A program made the position numbers and the translations under genes. From Gemmatimonadaceae bacterium (lineage in GTDB: Bacteria > Gemmatimonadota > Gemmatimonadetes > Gemmatimonadales > Gemmatimonadaceae), in contig JBHYGA010000004.1 of NCBI GenBank assembly GCA_051859245.1, forward strand, positions 544,001-608,000: DNA of 64,000 bases, given 5' to 3'. The notes under the pieces were generated by a model, which was given only the letters and a program-made list of their open reading frames with translations, ran no database searches and had not been told where the DNA came from. Positions 59,064 through 64,000 of this stretch are shown piece by piece (positions within the stretch are counted from its first letter, which is position 1; each line of letters opens with the position of its first letter).

Positions 59064-60491
59064 CTAGCGGCGGGCGCCGTTTGCCAATTGTTCGTTGGCT
59101 AACTGCTCAACGGCGGCCGCCATGCGATCGAGCGGGTGTGTGCCGTTGCTGCACCACGGCAGCCCCATGCTGCTGCGCACCGTGCCATCAACGGCAAACT
59201 CCACGCGCAGCGATTCGCGCAGATTCCCAACCGAGGTGCACTGGCTTCCCTGCAGTCGTACCATAGCGGGGAGTGATGCAAGATCCAGAGAAACGATGAG
59301 TTGTTGAAGGCGTGTCACCTGCGCTGGTGCAACGTGCGCGGTATCGTTTGGTGTGCTGCCGCTGGTGGCTTGCACCCAGCGACGGAGTCGACCATCGGTG
59401 GCGAGTTCAATGCGCGTTTGCTGACACGTTGGCGAACAGCGCACACGCTGCACCGCCACCACAAGCTCGTTCGCCTGAATATCTGAGCTGACCGTGATGA
59501 AGGGCGCGTCGCGTGATTCGGTTTCGCTCATCATGGGCGCGCCCGCAGCGGTGGCCGCGGCGCCCGTAAAACTGCGTTGCGCTGACGGTGCGGCCGGCAC
59601 CACCGACATTGCGGAGATCGACGGCCGCTGCGCCGGATCGGCGGCCACGCGACCCCCGGTGCGCTCAAGCGGCGAGGCCATCGATTCCGGCGGTGGCACA
59701 AGTGCTCGCGCGCGACTCTGGAGCGCAGCGTCTGACGTTGACGCCTTGGCGGCACTTCGGTTGCCGGCGACATCGAGCTCGGCCGATTTCGGCGCCACGT
59801 TGGCTGCGACGGGTGCGCGCTGCGGCGCCACGGCGGGCACCGTGCCAGCCGCTTCAGTACGAGTGTCGACACGCGTATCAGCACGCGCGGCATCAGAGGC
59901 TTGTGCGACCGCATCCGGCGCTGCTGCATCGGCCATACCAATCGCAGGCGCCACTGCGTCAGGAGTGCGCAGTTCGGGTGGCGCGATCTCGCGTGCGGCG
60001 ATGTCGCGTTCCGCGATGTCGCGTTCCGCGATGTCGCGTTCCGAGATGTCGCGTACCGACACGGGCTCGCGATTCGCCACGAAGACGCCGGTGACACCGA
60101 TCATCAGCAGCGCCGCGATGCTTCCCCAGCGTGTCCAGGAAACGGACGAGCGCGGTGGTGTGATGCTCGCGTGTGCAGTGGTGTTGTGCACGTGCGGTGT
60201 TGATACTGCTGTCGTTGCCGCCGTTGCGGCCGCCGTGGCTGCCGCCGTTGCGGCCGCCGGCAGCACATTGGCTGGCACACTATCGAGCGCACCAAGAATG
60301 CGCGATGACGCGGCAATCAAACCACGAGCCTCCGCCACGCGTGCGGCGAACTCCGGACTTGAGCGCACGAGCGCGTCGTACTGCGCACTCGTTGCTGCAT
60401 CGAGCTGACCGTCGAGCCACTCGTGGATCATGCCTTCGTCTGGAAGCGCGTCGCTGTGCGACGTGCTGCGCGTACGATCATCCTGCGACAT
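59064..60491 (-). CDS. Transmembrane anti-sigma factor-like protein
   Basis: N-terminal IHEWLDGQL anti-sigma-like domain, W..IAA TM helix, long low-complexity linker, Cys-containing C-terminal domain; overlaps the ECF stop. Confidence 0.75.
   Translation of the reverse strand: MSQDDRTRSTSHSDALPDEGMIHEWLDGQLDAATSAQYDALVRSSPEFAARVAEARGLIAASSRILGALDSVPANVLPAAATAAATAAATAATTAVSTPHVHNTTAHASITPPRSSVSWTRWGSIAALLMIGVTGVFVANREPVSVRDISERDIAERDIAERDIAAREIAPPELRTPDAVAPAIGMADAAAPDAVAQASDAARADTRVDTRTEAAGTVPAVAPQRAPVAANVAPKSAELDVAGNRSAAKASTSDAALQSRARALVPPPESMASPLERTGGRVAADPAQRPSISAMSVVPAAPSAQRSFTGAAATAAGAPMMSETESRDAPFITVSSDIQANELVVAVQRVRCSPTCQQTRIELATDGRLRRWVQATSGSTPNDTAHVAPAQVTRLQQLIVSLDLASLPAMVRLQGSQCTSVGNLRESLRVEFAVDGTVRSSMGLPWCSNGTHPLDRMAAAVEQLANEQLANGARR
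59983..60057. repeat. 15-bp tandem repeat, five units (three exact)
   Basis: GCGATGTCGCGTTCC x3 (59998-60042) plus two degenerate flanking units; encodes (ERDIA)n. Confidence 0.9.
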
Positions 60492-60993
60492 GGTCCCGCC
60501 CCTCCGCGCTCTGTTGTAGCGCTTCATAGTGCTCAGCGAGGCGTCGGCGCGCTCGCGAAAGTGTTGTACCTACCGAACTGCGTGTAATGTCGAGCGCCGA
60601 AGCGATTTCGTCGTAGTCGAGTCCTTCTTCGCGCATCAATAACGCCAATCGGTCGCGTTCAGCGAGTGCGTCAATCGCTTTTCGTGCAAACGCGCGCGAT
60701 TCGTCGCGCTCCATGGACGTCACTTCCGGTTCAACCACGCGATCGCGTTCTTCGTTGGCGAGCAGTTCGAGACGTGCGCGCTGTCGCGATGCCTTGCGCG
60801 CGTCGTCACGCACCAGATTCGTCGCCACCGCGAACAACCAGGAACGCTCACTCGTGAGCGACTCCTGTCGAAGTGCGCGCAGGAACGTTTCCTGCGCGAT
60901 CTCCTCAGCCCAGTCGCGATCACCCAACCGACGCGTGAGATACCGCACGAGTGGTTGATGATAAAGTCGGAACAGCCGGTCCACGTCTTCCAT
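60478..60993 (-). CDS. ECF RNA polymerase sigma factor
   Basis: AEEIAQETFLRA, WLF.VA.NL..D, EGL.YDEIA..L......VGT.LSRARR. Confidence 0.93.
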   Translation of the reverse strand: MEDVDRLFRLYHQPLVRYLTRRLGDRDWAEEIAQETFLRALRQESLTSERSWLFAVATNLVRDDARKASRQRARLELLANEERDRVVEPEVTSMERDESRAFARKAIDALAERDRLALLMREEGLDYDEIASALDITRSSVGTTLSRARRRLAEHYEALQQSAEGRDHVAG

Positions 60994-61045
60994 GAATGAT
61001 GCTACCCGCGTGGCGTGTTGGTGATGCGTGTCGGGCGATGAACGA

Positions 61046-63316
61046 CTACCATCGCTCGACCAGCTGCCGAACCGTGGCGGCATCGAGACGGTCTACACCG
61101 TCGGGACTGACCTCAACGAGCACCCGGTTGCCACGAACCCGCACGCGATCGCCGAGCGCCATGGACTCGCGCAGTGCTGGCACGGCCTGCGCAATCGCCA
61201 TCCAGGCGGCACTGAACGGTTTCACGCGAACAGTCTGTTCGGGATGCCAGTTGCGATCCGCAACCAACCGGCGATCCGTCCACACCGAGTCAACGAGATC
61301 GAACAGTCGACCATCCACAACACGGGCGCGGCCAGCATCGGCGTCACGCTCGCCCAGCATCTGATCGGCCGCGGACATCGTAACCACCGCACGCTGTTCC
61401 GCCGCGCGCCGCGCTGATTCAAACGCCACGGCTGGTGCGGCCGCGTTGCCCGCTTTGGCGCTCATGTCTGGCGCCGCAGGCACGCTGATAAGGCGTGTAC
61501 CAGAGCCTCCGGCAGTCGCGCCACGCGTTCGCTGCGCGACACCCGCGTTTGGTTCGAGCACCAGATACGAGGTGAGCGGTGTTGGTACGCCAAAGCGTTC
61601 TCCGAGCAACCGCAGTTCATTGTCGATTTCAGCGTTGGCGCCGTGTCGACGACGTTCGGCGTCCAGCGCCGCCACGCGTTGCACCGCCCAGAGTCGCGGT
61701 ACAAATGCGTTCATGCTGTCACGTGCGCTGAAGTGATACGTGGACTGCACCACGCGTGTCTCGCCGCCGCTTACACCGGTCACGCGAAGGCGACCGCTTG
61801 ATGATCCGGTGTATCGGGCCAGGAACACCAGCTCCTGACCGGCCATGAGGTCCGTGCCATACGGCGCGTACAGCTGACGCAGCTGTCCGCCATCCAGCTG
61901 CACGCGCACATTGGCGAGCAGCGGTGCGGACAGTCGCTGCGCGGTGACCGCGACGGCGCGCTCAACCGATTCATCCGGTCGCACAAACTGTGCGGCACCG
62001 CGCGCGCCGAGCGCGATCTGCTCGACCAGTGATGCATCAACGTCTTCACCCACGCCAAACGTGAACACGCGCGCGTCGCCGCGCCACGCACTGGTGCTGT
62101 CGAGAATGGCAGCGGAGCGCAGTCCGTTGGTGGGCTGTCCGTCCGTGACGAGCAGTACGAGCGGCAAACGCGACTCGTCGCGAGACCGATCGCGTTCACT
62201 CGTGAGCGCCTCGCGCAAGGCATCACCGATATTCGTGCCACCGCGCGCCTCCAGTGCGTCGAGCCAGCTGCGCGCGCGGCGCACATTAACCGGTGTGGCG
62301 TCGACAAGCGCCGGCGATTGCGCCGTGATCTCATCGGAGAACGCGATCAGACGAAATCGATCGTTCGGTTGCAGCGATGACAGCAATGCTTTGCCAGCTG
62401 CAATGGCCTGCGTCATCTTTGTGCCCTGCATACTGCCGGATACGTCAAGCACAAGTGCGATGTCTCTCGGCATGGCGCGCGGAGTTTCGCGAGGCGGCGA
62501 CACGATCACCAGCGCATGGCGCTCGCCGCGTGCGTTGTGCGTGAGCACGGTGACGCCGGCGGCACGACCGGTACTGCGAATGGGAAGGTACGCGACCACA
62601 TCACCCGCGCGACCAGTGAGCGAGACATCGCGCACGCGCTGATCACTGCTGTGTGCGCGTGCGTTGACTGTGTGTGTGGGCGACCATGGGGTGCCGAGGC
62701 TGTCGTTGCTCCACCGGATACGGAATGTTCCCGTCGCGCGTTCATCGCGGGGATCGTCTACACCAACCAACGTACCGCTCACGCGCATTGCATCGCCGTC
62801 GCGCGGCAAGACGTGCCGATGTTTCACCACAACCGTGCGTCGCTCGCCCGCGCGAAACGGAAAAATGCGAGTGCGGACCATGCCGAGTCCGGCCCATTCC
62901 ACCAACGCCGGATCACGCAGTTCGCGCACAATGCGTTCGTACGTTTCTTTGGCGCGCGCCGCATCGAGTATTTCACCCGCCACCAATTCTCCGTCGATTT
63001 CGAGTCGCAGTTCTTCAAACGCTGCACCGGCTGGAAGCGGAAACAGAAAGTCTGCCTCGCCCACCGTTGCGCCGCGATTCTCGAAGGTCTCCGTTACCGT
63101 GGTTTGCGCAATGCGACCATTGATATCAATGACGGTGCTGGTGGCAATGCGGGAAACACTGGGTGTGCACGGCAGCGCGGCACGCTCCGTTGGCTGCGGA
63201 CGCGGTCGTGGCACCGCGCAGGATGTGACCACGCGCCCCTGCGCCAACAGCGGCAGCGCGGGCGTGAGGTGCATGGCGAGCGCTGCCAGCAGCGCGAATC
63301 GGGTGGGGATGAACAT
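61046..63316 (-). CDS. Secreted VIT-vWA domain protein
   Basis: Signal peptide; VIT (F.N..E..F.FPLP..A..YE.IV...DPAL.E); vWA MIDAS DVSGS, GGTNI, TDG.PT; T..TSYLV. Confidence 0.9.
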   Translation of the reverse strand: MFIPTRFALLAALAMHLTPALPLLAQGRVVTSCAVPRPRPQPTERAALPCTPSVSRIATSTVIDINGRIAQTTVTETFENRGATVGEADFLFPLPAGAAFEELRLEIDGELVAGEILDAARAKETYERIVRELRDPALVEWAGLGMVRTRIFPFRAGERRTVVVKHRHVLPRDGDAMRVSGTLVGVDDPRDERATGTFRIRWSNDSLGTPWSPTHTVNARAHSSDQRVRDVSLTGRAGDVVAYLPIRSTGRAAGVTVLTHNARGERHALVIVSPPRETPRAMPRDIALVLDVSGSMQGTKMTQAIAAGKALLSSLQPNDRFRLIAFSDEITAQSPALVDATPVNVRRARSWLDALEARGGTNIGDALREALTSERDRSRDESRLPLVLLVTDGQPTNGLRSAAILDSTSAWRGDARVFTFGVGEDVDASLVEQIALGARGAAQFVRPDESVERAVAVTAQRLSAPLLANVRVQLDGGQLRQLYAPYGTDLMAGQELVFLARYTGSSSGRLRVTGVSGGETRVVQSTYHFSARDSMNAFVPRLWAVQRVAALDAERRRHGANAEIDNELRLLGERFGVPTPLTSYLVLEPNAGVAQRTRGATAGGSGTRLISVPAAPDMSAKAGNAAAPAVAFESARRAAEQRAVVTMSAADQMLGERDADAGRARVVDGRLFDLVDSVWTDRRLVADRNWHPEQTVRVKPFSAAWMAIAQAVPALRESMALGDRVRVRGNRVLVEVSPDGVDRLDAATVRQLVERW

Positions 63317-63459
63317 AGCGTTCTCCGGTCGTGGACAACCAATCAGGGTTATCCGGGAGACGCCAGGCGCGCGCTCGCTTGCACATCACCTCGAGCATCA
63401 GCGACCGACGGGTCGCCCGACCGCCCTCACCGTACCGCCGTCACGCTACCGCCGTCTCA

Positions 63460-64000
63460 CTACCGCTGACGCGCCGGCTCGAAGCTCCGTTCGACCACGT
63501 GCACGGGAACGGCACTCTCCACGGCCGTCGTGACGGTTTGCTGCACCGTACCGGCATCTCGACGAGCAGCCCAGCCGAGTCGAAATGGCGAAGGGGCACT
63601 GCGCAACGCGGCCAGCTGCAATCGACGCGCGACAATTTCGGCGGCTCGATCATCGGCGTCGGGAAGCACCACAACCAGCAGGTCTGGCGCAGCGCGTACG
63701 ATCACCTCGGATGAGCGGATGTGTCGGAGCAGAAAGCGCGCCATGCGTTCGAGACGCGTATTGAGCAGCGCACGCTGCTCCACGGTTTCGGTAAAGTCGT
63801 CTTGCGGCATATGCACCACGCACACACCAACGCGCGCGTCGGCACGTGGCTGCAGCTCGGTGTTCAGCAGATCGAGATAGTCCGCGGTGTACGCGCCCGT
63901 CGCTGCATCGCGCGTGTGCGAATCCGTACGGTCGTTCAGCTCACGTGCCGGTGTCACGCTGACGTCAATCACCACGCCGTGATACGTGACGACATCGCCG
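63460..64000 (-). CDS. Protein with degenerate GGDEF-like C-terminal domain, partial (5' end outside window)
   Basis: RDAATGAY, IR.SEVIVRAAPD..VV.LP.AD...AE.VA.RL; frame is open to the window edge. Confidence 0.6.
   Translation of the reverse strand, partial: GDVVTYHGVVIDVSVTPARELNDRTDSHTRDAATGAYTADYLDLLNTELQPRADARVGVCVVHMPQDDFTETVEQRALLNTRLERMARFLLRHIRSSEVIVRAAPDLLVVVLPDADDRAAEIVARRLQLAALRSAPSPFRLGWAARRDAGTVQQTVTTAVESAVPVHVVERSFEPARQR

Noticed and set aside
59983..60057. CRISPR array
   Set aside because: Contiguous 15-bp units with no spacers, in frame within a CDS; no cas genes

Overview
A GC-rich, gene-dense chromosomal window. Its Hanks-type kinase/TPR proteins, ECF-kinase pair, many secreted beta-propeller proteins and PEP-CTERM protein suggest a Gemmatimonadota-like bacterium (inference). 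No rRNA, tRNA, CRISPR array, integrase or transposase was recognised. The first ~16 kb looks accessory: secreted proteins, two type II toxin-antitoxin modules with palindromic operators, and three genes that appear collapsed by internal deletions. The rest mixes metabolism (aroF, ACT-less prephenate dehydratase, tkt, AlaX, hrpB), stress and DNA repair (Cho/UvrC-like nuclease, WYL regulator, FeS photolyase, NirK-like copper protein, globin) and two ECF sigma systems. Three signals stand out. (1) An unannotated 26-aa leader peptide with a FYAYWF cluster, plus mutually exclusive antiterminator/terminator stems, lies directly upstream of the DAHP synthase gene, suggesting an attenuator that senses Phe, Tyr and Trp together. 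(2) A ~3.9 kb kinase-ECF-globin block is bracketed by a degenerate direct repeat of the ridA 3' end. (3) A perfect 11-bp inverted repeat heads a probable operon that ends in a WYL regulator. All calls come from reading motifs by eye, with no database searches.
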